From positions 62,001 through 126,000 of the forward strand of contig JAYWIR010000026.1 of the NCBI GenBank assembly GCA_036172245.1: a stretch of DNA of 64,000 bases, given 5' to 3'. Both the position numbers and the translations under genes were made by a program. The notes below the pieces were generated by a model that searched no databases, was not told the origin of the DNA, and saw nothing but the letters and a program-made list of their open reading frames with translations. This document shows, piece by piece, positions 48,594-61,764 of the stretch; positions within the stretch are counted from its first letter, which is position 1, and each line of letters starts with the position of its first letter. This stretch comes from Raillietiella orientalis (Eukaryota).

Positions 48594-50659
48594 CGTAAAG
48601 CGTTCGACAGCGTAAACCAGGACCTCCTTCTGGAGCTTCCGGGACGCCTAGGCCTCCCGACGCACCTCATTGCCTACTTGCGCTCCTGCTGGGGCCACGC
48701 GTTATGCTGTATCTCTTTCAGCGAACGCCACGTGTACGGCGTTCCCATACAGCTAGGTATCAGGCAGAGAGACAGATTAAGCTCTCTGCTCATCAGCATC
48801 TTCTTCGAGTTGGTGCTCAGGGCGTACAGGCTTACGCTGGCCAACCTGCCGCGCTCCTGTCCGGGAACACCGGCCGTAACCGCCTATGCTGACGACCTTC
48901 TTCTGTTGCTGCCCATGTCCACTCAGGCGTCCAGGTTTGAGGACTTCTTCGAGCTCATTCGTTGGGGGCGGGCCTGTGCGTCGACACGACGAAATCAACT
49001 ATTGTACCGGTTGGCTCTACGTGGGATGGGCAGTCCGACTGGATCCGACTAGGGATCCCAACAAGGAGGTGCTTGAAGTACCTTGGCCTTCCCTTGGGCG
49101 CTTTCTGTCCAACAGAAGCGTGGTCGGACTGCCTTCACAAGGCCGAGACGGCTCTGGGCCCGTTCCAAGGCGGCAGGTTTCTCCTGTCGGAACGGGCCTT
49201 CGTGTGGAACATTTTCGTTGCCCCCCTCCTCCGTCCTCTCTTTTTTGTTTGTCCCCCTCCCTACTCGGCTAAGCGTCGGGCGCAACGCCTGCTGCGAAAC
49301 ACCTTGTGGGGACCGGAGAGGTCTAGGATACGCCTCAAGGACTTGGCGGCTCTCCGGCGGGATGCAGGATTGGGCATCCTGACTCTCGAGCGGATCGGAC
49401 AGCTAGTGCAGTTTCGCATGCTCGCACTTTGCGCCCAGCTATGGACTACTCCCTGGTGTTTTCTAGCGCGGATGCTGCTGCGGCGCTGCACGGGTGGCGA
49501 TGGTCTTCTTGCGTTGCACCTGCGCACGGAGTGCGCCCTGAGAAAATTCGGCTTCCCACTGAAGCAGCTCTCCTCGCTTCTGGGAAAGCATGCGTGGATC
49601 TCCTGCCGGCTGACGAACTTCAACGCCTGGAGGCAGGAAGCCTTATTGTCCTAAGCAGCGCAACAGGATGTGTCCCGTTTGGAACTCCGTTGCGTGAATC
49701 TTTCCCATATTGTTTAGTGGGGGAGGTGCTTGAAGACGAGAACCAGTGGACACGCTTAGCCGCTTCGCCCCTCGCCAAAGCACTGTGTGCATTCATGGTG
49801 GAAGACGACAGTGACCTGTAGGCGAGGTGGAAGGTAGTTTGCGAAATCGCAGGCGAAACCCGACTGCTGGGCGGCTGGAGGAATTGCGAGCTGACAGACG
49901 CTGCCACTCCTCGCCTTCGTTCCAAGGGACTTTTCTTGTGGAGCCAGATCCTCGGGGTGACCACCGTAGAACTTGTGGTCCCTTCTGCGTGCTTGGACGC
50001 TACTGTGTTCTTCCTTCGGTGGAAACACGACGCTTCTCTGCTGGTGCATTGGAGTCTTTACTGCAACCAGCGCGCGCACCTGGTTTCCGGGGGAGTTGCG
50101 TCCCCGAACTGTGCCAAATGCGGAGCGGTGGAATCGCTTCCGCATTTGCTGTTTGAGTGCGGTGCCCTCCAGGAGCTGTGGCAGCGGCTGTCTTCAGCGC
50201 TCCATCACCCCGGACACCGCACTGGATTGGATGCGCCGCTTCTACACGCGTGGCGGACTTTCTCTTGGAGTGGTCGTCGCAATCATCTGCTGCGTCCGCG
50301 CCATTGTCAGGGTCCGCCACGTATTGCAGATGCGAGCAGTCTCAACATCGGTCCCCGACACCGCAGCCTGCAACCTGCAAATGGCTGCCGGGTGGCCACA
50401 TCTTGGAGCAGAAGTGAGGACGGAGATCGGCGGCATTCAACGCCGGTTCTGAGAACAGGAACGGTTAGACTGTATACCCCTGTCCCCGCCCTCCCACCCA
50501 ATTTATTTATTTATTGTCCCCACCCCTTCCCGTTCCGAACTCTCAGTGTGCCCGGCCTGCGTTCCGGGAAATCTACTCCCCATCTTCTGTTCCCCTTGCC
50601 TGGGAACACACTTCCCAGATGATATTATAAATAAACGTACCGGAGCAACTGGGTAATAA
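48594..50659 (+). mobile_element. B-type element 3' half, degenerate
   Basis: Starts RKAFDSVNQ; YADD, KYLGLPLG, CAKCGAVESLPHLLFEC; degenerate hairpin at 50630-50659. Confidence 0.9.
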
Positions 50660-51800
50660 ACGATCGAAGCTCGATCCAGGGAATGCGTTCTATGTTAACG
50701 CGGCATTCCTATATTACTTCGCAGGGCGAAATTTTAATTTTACCTTTCGCTGGTTTTTTCGGAACGCTGGCGTTCTGATTTGTATTATTTTGTGTAGGTT
50801 TTTTTCTTTGATTTTGAATTTCTTTTGTTTTTTTGCTTGCGACGGTTTTCCATCCTTCCTGACTGGCAGTTGGCTCAGAAGTCTTTTTTCGAGAGTTCTG
50901 CGCCTCCTGCACGACTTTTTCTGAAGTTGGCTGGAGATCGCGTTGTTGGATATTTTGGGCCTTCTTCCCCTCTTTTGTGGACGGGGTTTCCGGCGTTGTA
51001 GCGGCGTTTTTTGGGCACACTACGCTAGTGTGTCCCTTCGCGCCGCATGTTGGGCATGTGGCATCCGGGCATCGCATCTTGAGATGCCCAAATGTGTTGT
51101 GCAGCCCGCAGTACTTCTCTTTCCCCACGTACGAGAGATTAACGAGCTCGTCGTTGATCTCTAGTTTTTGGGGAATGACGATGCTTTCGCGTAGAGTTAC
51201 GCGAGCGGCAAGTCGCACACTAAATGCAACTCGATATGTAAAGGCGTTGGGTAACTTCCACATTGCATAAATCTCCGCGAATTTATTGATTTCAGTGTGG
51301 ATGGCTTCGTCGCTCATCCGCACCGTTGTTTCTGTTACGTGGATTACTATCGAGTGATCCACCGTGTGAGGGAGGAGATTCCGCCCTTCAAAAGGAACGG
51401 ACGTGCAGAGCAGCTTATGAGTGATCGCTGCATTTCTGCAGATCAGCTCGTCGAATTTCCCGCCGCTCCGAACCGAGAAGCACAGAATCTCCTCGTTTGT
51501 AATGCCTATCCTGCGGATGCCGTTACCAAATTTCCGCGTTGTAAGCGGTGAATAGAGGTTACCTATCTTATAAATCAGGGCGGGGTTGTAGCCCTCCTTC
51601 ATATAGGCCTGTACTTTTGCTGCCACGTTGGGCGGAGCTGCCGCGGCCATTTTATTCCATGCCCTCGCCGAGGCGGCGGGGTCTGATTTTGCGGCTTTCT
51701 TCTGCGACGAATGCCCGTTGTGGCACGGGAGAACGCCTGGATCTCCTGCCTCCCAGGGAACAACACTGCAACACTGCATGAGCAAGTCTCCACCTGGGAA
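50660..51800 (-). mobile_element. ORF1 fragment of another related family (open 50709-51779)
   Basis: YNPALIYKIGNLY, YVGKEKYCG, CPTCGAKGHTSVVC. Confidence 0.85.
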
Positions 51801-51839
51801 GAGATCCACGTTCCTGCGTGCCCAAAGAACACTGGCCTG

Positions 51840-52850
51840 AAAAGTCACGCCCGCTGGACGCTGCAGGAGATCGTGCAGTCCCATGACCAGCTTCTGTGGG
51901 CCCTGATAACCCTCCTTACCCCAGTGCTGTTCTTTCCTTCTAAATGCCAGGGACAGTAGCGAGCAGGGGAATTAAAGTGTGTCTTGCACCTTAGGCAGCA
52001 GGACCCAAACGATAAAGGTGGGGACATCTCGGCAGCTAGCAGATGCTGCGACGCCGAGTGTCCCGCCCAACGGAATTCGACGCTGGGGCGAGCTACTCGG
52101 ACTATATCCGGAGGAGATGAAGTGGCCTCCAGCGTCCTAGAATTGTGGATCCCTCCTTCTGAAGTGGCAGGATGTGGCGCTGCTTGTCGTACACTGGGGT
52201 TTATTCTTTAAACTACTTCTGCATCATGCCACACATGGGGCTCTGGATCCCCAATGCGACCGGTGCGGAAAAAAAGAGACATTCTCTTACCTCCTTATTC
52301 AGTGTAGCACTCTCCGCTTTTTGTGGGAATGTCTTGCGGCGGTGCTGGACTTGCTCGGATGTGGCCCAAAGAACGTTTTAAGGCGCCTCCTCTGTAGTGA
52401 CGCCTTGTCCCCGCCCGCTAGTGTAGCAGTCCTCTGCTGCATTTGAGGAATCGTGGCGGCTTGGAACGCCACCAGAAGAAGGCGTCATCCAGCCGGCAAC
52501 GGCTTATACTGGACTCTCCTTTTCGCGCGCAGTGTCTGCAAGAGGCGCCACTTAGGCGCAGACAGGACTCAGCTTGTTCGGATCCTCAATAGGATGTAGA
52601 GGACCCCTCCGCACGCACAGTGATCCCTTCTATGCCCTCCCACCCATTAAACATTTGTTTTCCCCACATTTGAAGTTTTTGTTTGGTTTTGCTTTTTCTT
52701 TAGCGACCCCTGCGCATCAAAAGGACCTCGTCGGCATAGCGTCGTCAACCAGCAAGCTGTTTTGGTATGGTGATCCTTCGGGTTCGCCACGTGACAATTC
52801 TTGGTGCTTTTGTTTGTACAAATAAATGACCCGGCATACCCGGTTGACAA
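51840..52850 (+). mobile_element. Degenerate 3' end of an element (C-terminal Zn finger, 3' UTR, hairpin)
   Basis: LVVHWGL, DPQCDRCGKKETFSYLLIQC; AATAAA plus hairpin at 52821-52850. Confidence 0.82.
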
Positions 52851-53043
52851 GGCTGAGAGTCGGCAGCGACGAGTGCAATTTTGCCGCTCTGTTCGACCGC
52901 AGAAATGCGTTCGATGACGACAGAGCCGCGTTTGATTTTTTCGCAACGCGGCGTATTCTCGCTGCGTTTCGCGAAAGTTAATTTAGTTTGTTGCTTGAGG
53001 TTTTTCTGCCTCTTGCACTGTATTACCTGCCATCCAGGTTCGG
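52851..53043 (-). mobile_element. E-type ORF1 fragment
   Basis: Direct nucleotide similarity to about 14836-15025. Confidence 0.85.
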
Positions 53044-53940
53044 CCGTCTTCCTGGCCTACCTGCGCTCCTGCTGGAGCTTCGCCATCATTAATATTAATT
53101 TCAGCGGCCGGCACGTGTACGGGGTGCCGGTTTGCGTTCGCCGCTGCATCCAGCAGGGTGACAACCTCAGTCCCCTGCTCTTCAGCACCTACTTTGAGTT
53201 GATGCTGAGAGCATACAGGGAGACTTTGGCAAACCTGCCGAGCTCGTGTCCCGGCATGCCTGCCGTGTCGGCCTATGCCGACCACCTTCTGCTCCTGCTT
53301 CCCGGGTCCACCCCGGCATCGGCGCTCGAGGATTTCTTCGAGCGCACCGTGGGACCGGACTCGAGGTAAACAGCACAAAGTAGTCGTTACCATTCACCGA
53401 CTCGTTGCGGGACGGGCGGTAGGACTGGATCCGTTTGGGGATCCCCACAGGCGGGTACACCAACTACCTCGGCGTTCCGTTGAGAGACTTCTGCGCTGCA
53501 GAAGCCTAGTCCGACCGTCTCCAAAAGGTGAAGTTGGCTATCAGCCCGTTCCGGGACTGCAAGTTTTACTTGCAGGAATGGGCCGCGGTGTAGAACGCTT
53601 TTGCGGCCCCCCTTCCTCGCCCCCTACTTTTTGTGTGACCCATTCCTTCTAAAATTTAAAAAAAAAACAAGAAGTCTCATACGGAAACCTCTTTGGGGCA
53701 AACGGAGGCCCCTCGTACGTCTTAAAGACTTGTGCGCTCCACTCAGGGACGGTGGACTTGGTCAATTGACGTTGGAGCGCATAGAGCGTCAGCTCAAATT
53801 TGAAAAAATCGTCCTGGTGACAAAGTATTGGAGAGCACCCTGGTGTGCTCCGGCAAGATTCCACGCTCACAAAGCAAACGGCTGCTTCGGATTAATCTCA
53901 ATCACAGCAGCCAACGACCGTAACCAGCGACCACCCTTCG
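53044..53940 (+). mobile_element. Degenerate RT / post-RT fragment
   Basis: IQQGDNLSPLLF, YADHLLL, RLKDLCAPLRDGGLG. Confidence 0.85.
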
Positions 53941-53954
53941 GCAAAACAATTATC

Positions 53955-54228
53955 CCAATGGAACGCCAAGGTACTTAAAGCACCTGCCCGTGGATATCCC
54001 CAGGTGGATCCAGTCGGACTGCCCCTCCCACGAAGAGCCAACCGATACAACGGTGGATTTCGGCCTGTTGGCGCTCACGGCCGCTCCCCGACGAATGAGG
54101 TCGAAGAAGTCTTGGAGCCTGGACGCCGGGATAGACATGGGCAACAGGAGAAGTAGGTCGTCAGCATAGGCGGTCACGGCCGGCGCTCCAGGGAAGAAGC
54201 TCCGCAGGTTGGCCAGAGTCAGCCTGCG
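53955..54228 (-). mobile_element. RT fragment
   Basis: AYADDLLLLLP, FKYLGVPLG. Confidence 0.85.
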
Positions 54229-54849
54229 CGGCAAGACGTGTTTGAGCATAGCTCCGCCGTTGAGAAGTTCAAGTAGTATTAGAAATTTTTCTCGCCACGA
54301 CTTGTGCTCATTCACCGTTTTGTGATACATATATACGTACTCTAGCTGTACACGGAGAAATAGTATGGTAAGTTAGTGTTGCGGAAATCCGGATTTTCCT
54401 CTGTTGGCTCGCAGCTGCCGTAGTTAACTGGAGAGCTATTGGTTGGCCAAGGTAAGAGTTTTTGCTTTGTCGCTATCAAGAAATTGCATAAGTTTTATTA
54501 ATGCTAAGTTTGCACTCGTTTTTTGAAACATTTGATGCTTCGCAATATTGTTAGTGGAACGTGAATTTACTCACAATTCTATTGCAACCATCGATATTTT
54601 CCAAGATGGCATAGCGCACACGTGGAATGCTCGTAGCACACCCGCTCTGCGCGCTAGGCACGTCATAGGGTTCCTGTATTGCGCTTATACACTGCTAGTG
54701 TATAGAGAAGTATTCATACGTTGTCTCCTCGTATTCGGAAAAACTTACTTTTCTACCATGTCCATGTCCACATTGCCTCAGGCTAATCTCGTTCGTCACT
54801 GGAATCGGTGAGAGCACTTCCCATGGGGGCGCTCTTCTATAGGGACTCT

Positions 54850-57800
54850 TCTTTTTGTGCTCACCAAGGTGTGGTCCATAACTTCACCACAACGGCACGC
54901 TCTCTGAACTCGAGCTCCTGCTTCATTCTCTCCAGAGTAAAAAGTCTCGGTCCACCATTCCAGCGGGGAAATCACAATTCTTTAAATTGGGCACGGGACC
55001 TTTCTGTGGACTCAGCAGACACCCCGTGAAGTCCTCAGTCCGCTTTTTGATGGTGACTGCGCTCTTCGCACTGAGGACCGACATTCTCAGTGTGAACGAG
55101 TGAGATGTGGAGAGATGGATGCTCAAGCAATCCCGGTCGTTGTTTTTGGCTGACAATGGAAACTTTGCTGATGTGTAAGAGTTTGGTACTTGGCCTGCCT
55201 CCTGATCATTATCGCCAATCCGTGTGAGTGAGGTCTGCTGCAAAGAGTTTCGAAAATTCTGCGAAAAGCTCTTCAACGTGAAAGGAATTTTTTTTGCCTC
55301 TCTACCCTGCAATGGCTGCAGCTTTTGTTTGATCGGGAAGGGTAACGCAGACGGCTAGAAGCCTGCTTCACCGTCAGCGTGCGCAAGGCTGCCTCCAGCG
55401 GCTCTGTAACTCACTCCAGATCGGGAGGTGCACTTGCTCACATTTGTGCCTCACCATGTGATCTGTGAGCTTCGACGAAGAACAGAATGGGCCATCAAAG
55501 TTTTCGAAGGCATGCTGCACCGTCTGCCAGGGTTGTTGTCTCCCCGGAGTCGTGTAAAGTCAAGCTGCTTTCCAAAATCGCCGTCTTGCGAAAAACTTCC
55601 CTGACACGCTTCCTTTCCACAAAACCGGTTAGCGATGCGAAGGATGCAACCAACACGGAATCCTTGTGGTCGATCTCAATCCGCTACCGCGTCGATAGAA
55701 CAGCCGCTCAGGATGGTTCGGAGTTCCTGTTGCCGCTCCGATGACTGATCCACAATTGGGACATGCTCCGAATCTTCTTCTCCCTAATAGCCTCATGAGA
55801 ACATATGCTCCTAACATCTCACAACGGTAGGCTTTGTATTCTCTGGTCATCCCATTCCTGAATAGCGGACCGCACCGGGGCATGTGTGGTCAAGGTAGTC
55901 GGAACTGACACGCTTCTCGGTCCACGGATTAGCGACATGAACCTCCGCACATATCGTATTGACTTTTTGAAGCAGATTTAGAAGGAGCTCCGTCTGGAAG
56001 CAGGCAAATCAGAACGGATTTCTCCTGCTGTATGGTGTCATCTCAGAGCAAGTTGGCAGCAATCACAGCTCACATCAATTCCTCTTTGAATGACAACTTT
56101 CTTCCAACAGTAATCACAGTTCAAGGGAGCGTAGTCGTTGGTGACGATCAGGTTCATTGTGACAGGTCACTTGATCGCTGCCAACCCATCCGACTGTCCA
56201 CACTGAACAGAGCAAATGGCATCGTCTAACTCAGGTGAGGATTGGGAAGAGGCATGCGACTTCAAAGATGTATGCAAAATCGCATTTCGCCTTCAAGGAT
56301 TCCTCCTGAGGATTGTTCGACCTCGCAAATGATCTGCACGGAAAGAGAGTGCACCTCCTTCAGAAGCACGAGGAGGGAATTTCGGAAATGCCCCGCCGGC
56401 GCTGACCAGTTTCTGCTCTTCCACACAGGCCTCTGACATTCTACGGATTCCCGAGGGATGTGTTCACGGTGGTTTCCCTCCCAGGTGCGTCAGGTGTGCA
56501 TTTATTTCCTTCTTTAACAGTGGAGCGTACCAAAGTGTGTCAGCACGCTCGGTTCTGCCATGTTGATAACATGCAATACCTGCCGACCTGCCTGGATGCA
56601 CTCCATGAAAATCACCTCGCCATAAGGAACGGGAAAACAAAACAAAAGCAACAAATATGTAAATGTAAGTCACATTTCCGTATGCATCGGAAAGAGATAG
56701 TCACGGGTGCCCACAGAGACTGATGCTCTCATTGTGCCTGAGATGAAGACGTTTTCCCACCAGCGCACAGCCGGAGGAGGAACATTAGCAAAGAACACAT
56801 TTAAAAAGGCTGTGGCTCAACACGGTTCCTTGTGGATTCCGACAGATATTCTTCCGCTTCCCAACTCTTCGTCACTGAAAATTACTTCCCCCCTAAGTAC
56901 TTTTCGTTCGTTCAAAGTAATTTTATTGCTTTGAAGTACTTTATTAAGTGTCGCACGTGTTGATTCGATGCTCTAGTGACCGTGAGCACTTTTTCGAGGC
57001 TATGTGTGATTCTTCGCATGCGCCAGCTTCGAGGAGGTCGTGTGCATGCAGAAAGGTATCACTGGCGTCCTTATTTTTTACTAGACGCTCTCCTCCCTAG
57101 GCAACTTCTTGGTCACTAGAATTGCTGTTTGCATTGCACGCCGTGCACTTTCCTCTTTTATCCGGAACCATTTTCTTCATATGCAATGCTTTTTCTGATG
57201 GGCTCCCGGCTTTCTGGTTTCAGTGCGTGATTTTCTCCAGGCAGTTTACTTCCCACAGATTGTTTAGCTCCTACGTGAGCCGGAAGCATCCATGGCATTT
57301 TCCGATTCTTTAGGTCATTTGAGCGCGAATACCTTTTTTGTCCCCATGCTCTTTTTCTGGGGATTTCTGGCTGTCGTGCTCCCTTTTCTCTTTCGATAGT
57401 CTGCCACGTTGCCAGCAAATGTCAGATTTTCGCAGCTTGACCGCATGGAATGCTCCTGATATTCGTTTCCCGTGACCTTGCAGAGTTTACAACTTTAGGC
57501 CTGACCACTACCATATATCGACGATGTCGTCGTTGATGCATAGCTCTTCTACGATGGGCGACCTATTTGCTGCACGCGTACGCGTTTCTTCCAGCCCACT
57601 ATATGTTCCGAAAGGCCAGCATAGCACTTGTTTTGCTCCAAACAGCATAAAGAGCACCGAACTTTGATAGTTCGGTCACCACTGCAGACTATTGCATGTC
57701 AACACGGATTCGCCCTTGGGGATAGGAAAGGTGGCATGTCTCCTTTCTGCACGCATTGACGACTTCTGTAGGCGGTGGGCCAATGCTGCAGTCGTACTGC

Positions 57801-57900
57801 ATAGCTCTTCACAGCTTCCGCTACCAGGCGTTAGCAGCACTCGTCAAGTTCCCTAAGGAACGCTGAGATTTTTGAAGGATCGAAATGAAAAAGGATTCTG
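54850..57900 (-). mobile_element. Heavily decayed element of the same group (ORF1 about 57100-57900; APE about 55880-56300; post-RT about 54850-55060)
   Basis: Hand-translated remnants TELSKFGALYAVWSK, ELCINDDIVDIW, NLIVTNDYAP, VNTICAEVHVANPW..YLDH and FTLERMKQELEFR..LWTTPW, in the expected order. Confidence 0.72.
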
Positions 57901-57949
57901 ATATCAGATGTACTTGTATTTAAGAAAAACTGTTGCACCCATGGACAAA

Positions 57950-60450
57950 AGAAGTCCTGGACAGCATGTCGATGTTTTTATCCTTGCTGATTGAGGCAGC
58001 CAATGCCTTCGCCGACGTCTCCGATGCGGCTTTTGTCATAGGGAATTCGTGGGCCCCAAATTTTGAAATTTGCAGGAGATTTAATTCCCTTTCAAGGGTC
58101 ATCCGGAATGTGAAACTTCTGTTTGCCATCCGGGCCTCACTTGAGATGAAAAGCGTTGCTCACTTGTAGGATCAGCCGCCCAACATGCACACAGAGAGGG
58201 CGACAGACACCATCGTCTCTTTGGCTCAACCAGGAGAGAAGGAGTTTCTTGTAGAGAACGACCCAATATTCCAAACCACCAGAGCAGATGTTATTGCTTG
58301 ATAAATGTGGAGTTGCAGCGTTTGCCTCCTTGCTCGCTCTGCGACTGTGACCTGCTTCCACACCTTCGATTATTCGGAAGAGCTACTTCCCCTCCGGCTG
58401 AAGTTCTTCCTCCCAGCGTAGACAGGGCTGTGAGACGCCTTCGCGTTAGTTGTGGAGGAAAAAATTGAACTCGAGAGGTTGGCTGTTATCGAGAAGAATC
58501 ACCAAGCCAGCGACGTAAATCTCGACGGAGAAGCCATCCATATCCCCGATGTGCGCAGCGCTTGGTCTGCTCCTTTTTAAAGGGGAAGACTCCGCCCAGC
58601 AAGCAGTGGAAGTTCAAAGCACTCCTTTGATCGTAATACCTCACAGTGTATTGACTTTCTTGTTACACAGTGTGTGTAAAAGAATACTCTGTTCTATTTG
58701 AAAGAAACTGCATGAGCACAAATTGGAAGCGATTTCCAATACACAGTGATCCGTTGCTTTTCGCGCTACCTCATTGCAGCGAAGCAAATGTGCTCGAATG
58801 ATCGCGAAACACTGAGATCTTCAAAATCCATGTGATTCACCTCAGAATAGGCGTAGCTGCAAAACATATGTTCTCCTTACGTAAGGCCAAAATCCTCTTG
58901 TTGGTTGATTACCTTCTATTTAAAGGTGTTTTGGATGAGTTGCTGCTCTCACGGAACGTGAGAGCAATGCTGCTCCGAGGGCACGCAAAGATAAACGTTG
59001 ACCAACTACGAAACAAAATGCAGCTGCCGACCCGAAACATTTGCAAGAATTCTCTCTAACAAGGAACGAACAGATCTTAGAAAATGTAATTGGCATCTGT
59101 GAAGATGATGCCGGTTTTCTTTTCCAGCACTTGCGTCCTGATATAACCATTCCGTGATAACTGACTCTGAGATGACCTAATTGTGTAGCCGAAAACACTT
59201 GTTCAACGGCGGAATCTGAATTTATTTCCAAGAAAGAGCGCTCACTTCGTAGTTCACCCTTCCAGCTTACGTGGCATCTTGCTCCCGCATCGAAGTCTCC
59301 AGTGGGCATCAGTAGGCAATCCCCAAGAATTCAGGCGAAATGATTCTTCCTAGGATGCACATGGTGAGTGTCTTTTGCATTCCTTACTCTTCAGTCATGA
59401 GGACGTTAATAACATGCGTGGCCACTCTTTAGAGGAAGAAGCGCATAGTGGCAAAGCCTAGACTGGTCGGCTTGTTCCCCTCCTTCTTTCCTCCTTCACT
59501 TCTCAATGAGGACACATCATTGCTCCTGGGCCTGCATCTTGGGATGTTTGAGCAGTCAGAGTCTCCCACTTTCATGGCCGCCAACCGCGATTCGCGACTC
59601 CTGGCAGTTGGTTCCTCCTATGCGGATTGGCACTCTTAATCGTTTCTCAAACCGCTGTCGGAGGCAACACGCGCGTTGCCACTACTCAGAGATAGCACCG
59701 TGAGATGCAGGTTGTGCTCAACTTTGATCCTAGCTTGCATCATTACGATTACAATTGTGCTAGCATTCTTCCGGATGACATAACGACGTTTCTTGTTAAA
59801 CTCGCTAGCCAATGCAAAAGATGCGCTTGCTGGTCCACAACTGAAGGCCCCTCAGGTAAGACAGCATGAGCAGCAGACTCCTAGCAAAGCAGTCTGATGC
59901 TCAGAATGCCTTATTGGTGAAGTGCAGAACTTCAGAAGGCTTCTGAGATTAAGCTGCATCTCGGGATGACATCGTAGGTGTCTCAGGAGCGCAGGGCCAT
60001 GGAACGGGACATCCCAGCGGGAATCCTTGCGTTGTTGAAATGCAATCGAAAGCTATGCGCTGCGCTGCAATATCGAGAAACACTCTTCTTCTCTATCGAA
60101 GACACTTACGCACATGGGGAATCGAGGTGGGTGCATGGCAATTGGGTTTTTCTGCTACTTCCAATCCTTGATCCAGACAAGGATCGACCACCACGTTGGA
60201 AAATTGTGCAACAGATAGATCATACTTTTCAGCTGCTCCTGCAGGCTCTAGTTCTTTTCTTGGGAACCAACATATCTGCCACAAAGGCTTGGAAGGTCTA
60301 CCCGCTCTGGGAACACTTCGAATTTTGGAATTTCACTGGAAACTGTTCGTTCCTCTTGGAAATTCCACATAAGGAACAGGAATATAAGGAAGAAATTTGC
60401 ACGCTAGGATGGGGACCGAATAAACGGCCATCGAAACGTGAAGAACGATG
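57950..60450 (-). mobile_element. Second heavily decayed LINE-like remnant
   Basis: Weak remnants in the expected order: CSLCG (about 60370), RVATHVINVL (about 59420), GDFDA..VEQVF..SYH (59150-59300), GGLEY..LLLSWL (about 58250). Confidence 0.45.
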
Positions 60451-61764
60451 CTCTGTCGGTGTCACGGTATGATGACATCACGCTCTTAGAAATGTCTTAT
60501 CGGATTTCTCAGACTGACGTCGATCTTCCGAAAAATTTAAGTGTCTATTTCAACGGAGGTTTCTGCAGTGCTCTCTGCATCTTTTCACCTCAAAAAGGGT
60601 AAGAGGCCATCTCATTTCGACATCGTAGTATGCATGCTGCTTTGCCTCCTTTGCATGAATATTCCTCACGAATACGACATGGAAATCAAATTTGGACTTC
60701 TGTTCTGCGCCTCGATGAGATTTTCATCACAGGATAAATGCCAAACTTGGTTCCTCCGAATTTCCGCGTTTTGAAAAGCACGAAAGCATGTCGATGATCA
60801 GCCATGCAGTCTTTTGGTGGTGTTCACACCAGAAAAAGATAGCATCGCTGATCACTCCTGGTAAACCTGCAAGAAAATGGACCCTCGCAACTGTGAAAAA
60901 GTTGACTGCGTGGCTCTAAGCGGCAAACTTCACATTACGCTTTTTCATGATCTCAACATAGCTTTTGTGATGCAATAGAAAAGTACAAATCGAAACTTCT
61001 CATGAGGAGCATTCATTGCGTTCACAGAACTTTCAGAATGAAAGCATTCAAACCAACATTGATAGACAGACTTCTTTTTCAAAGAGCATGTATTTCATTT
61101 AACCAAAACTGTATTTATTTCAGTAACCCTGTAAAGCTGACCCGTATCATGGACGTATCAACTCCGTTCACTGTAACATGCGATTTTCATAAAAACTCCT
61201 CATGCTGGCTGGAATTCAGGCCAGAGGTTTTCGCGACTGGTCAATACGATGAAGGCGAAGATTACTACGAAGAATACCGAGCAATCCACTGATAATGAGA
61301 GAAAAACATATCATTTTTTGCTCTATAGTGAGGAAATAAACCGTTTACCGTTCTTATTAATTGCATGTTCTAATGTGGCTGAACCATCGAAGAAGCCCAT
61401 CAATCCGCAGAGCACTCAAACGTAAGACCACAAGGTCCGTGCCTTTTGTTTCGAGTCTCCATCAACTGCGGTGCAAACATTGAAGTCAGGTCGTGATTGC
61501 GACCTGACTTCAATGCGTCCGAGTCAAAGATCATCTAATCACCTGACCTGTTTGCGCACACGATCAGTGCTTTTACTGAAAGTCATGCAGATGTGCTCAA
61601 TTGATGGCTCTCTACACGGATATTTCTCGGCAGAGGCACAGAGTGCTGCTCCATGAATGGGGAACGAACTCGCTGCTTCGCCGTTAGAAAGCACCCGCTG
61701 CGATGGGCGGGTTTCCAGAAACTCCAGAGTTCTGTAAGCAGTTTCCCATGAACAGCCTACCCTG

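Noticed and set aside
1..54228. Alternative genetic code explaining the in-frame stops
   Set aside because: All three stop types and frameshifts occur at copy-specific positions, consistent with decay
59978..60472. 164-aa plus-strand ORF as a host gene
   Set aside because: No recognisable domain; the opposite strand has weak ORF1-like remnants
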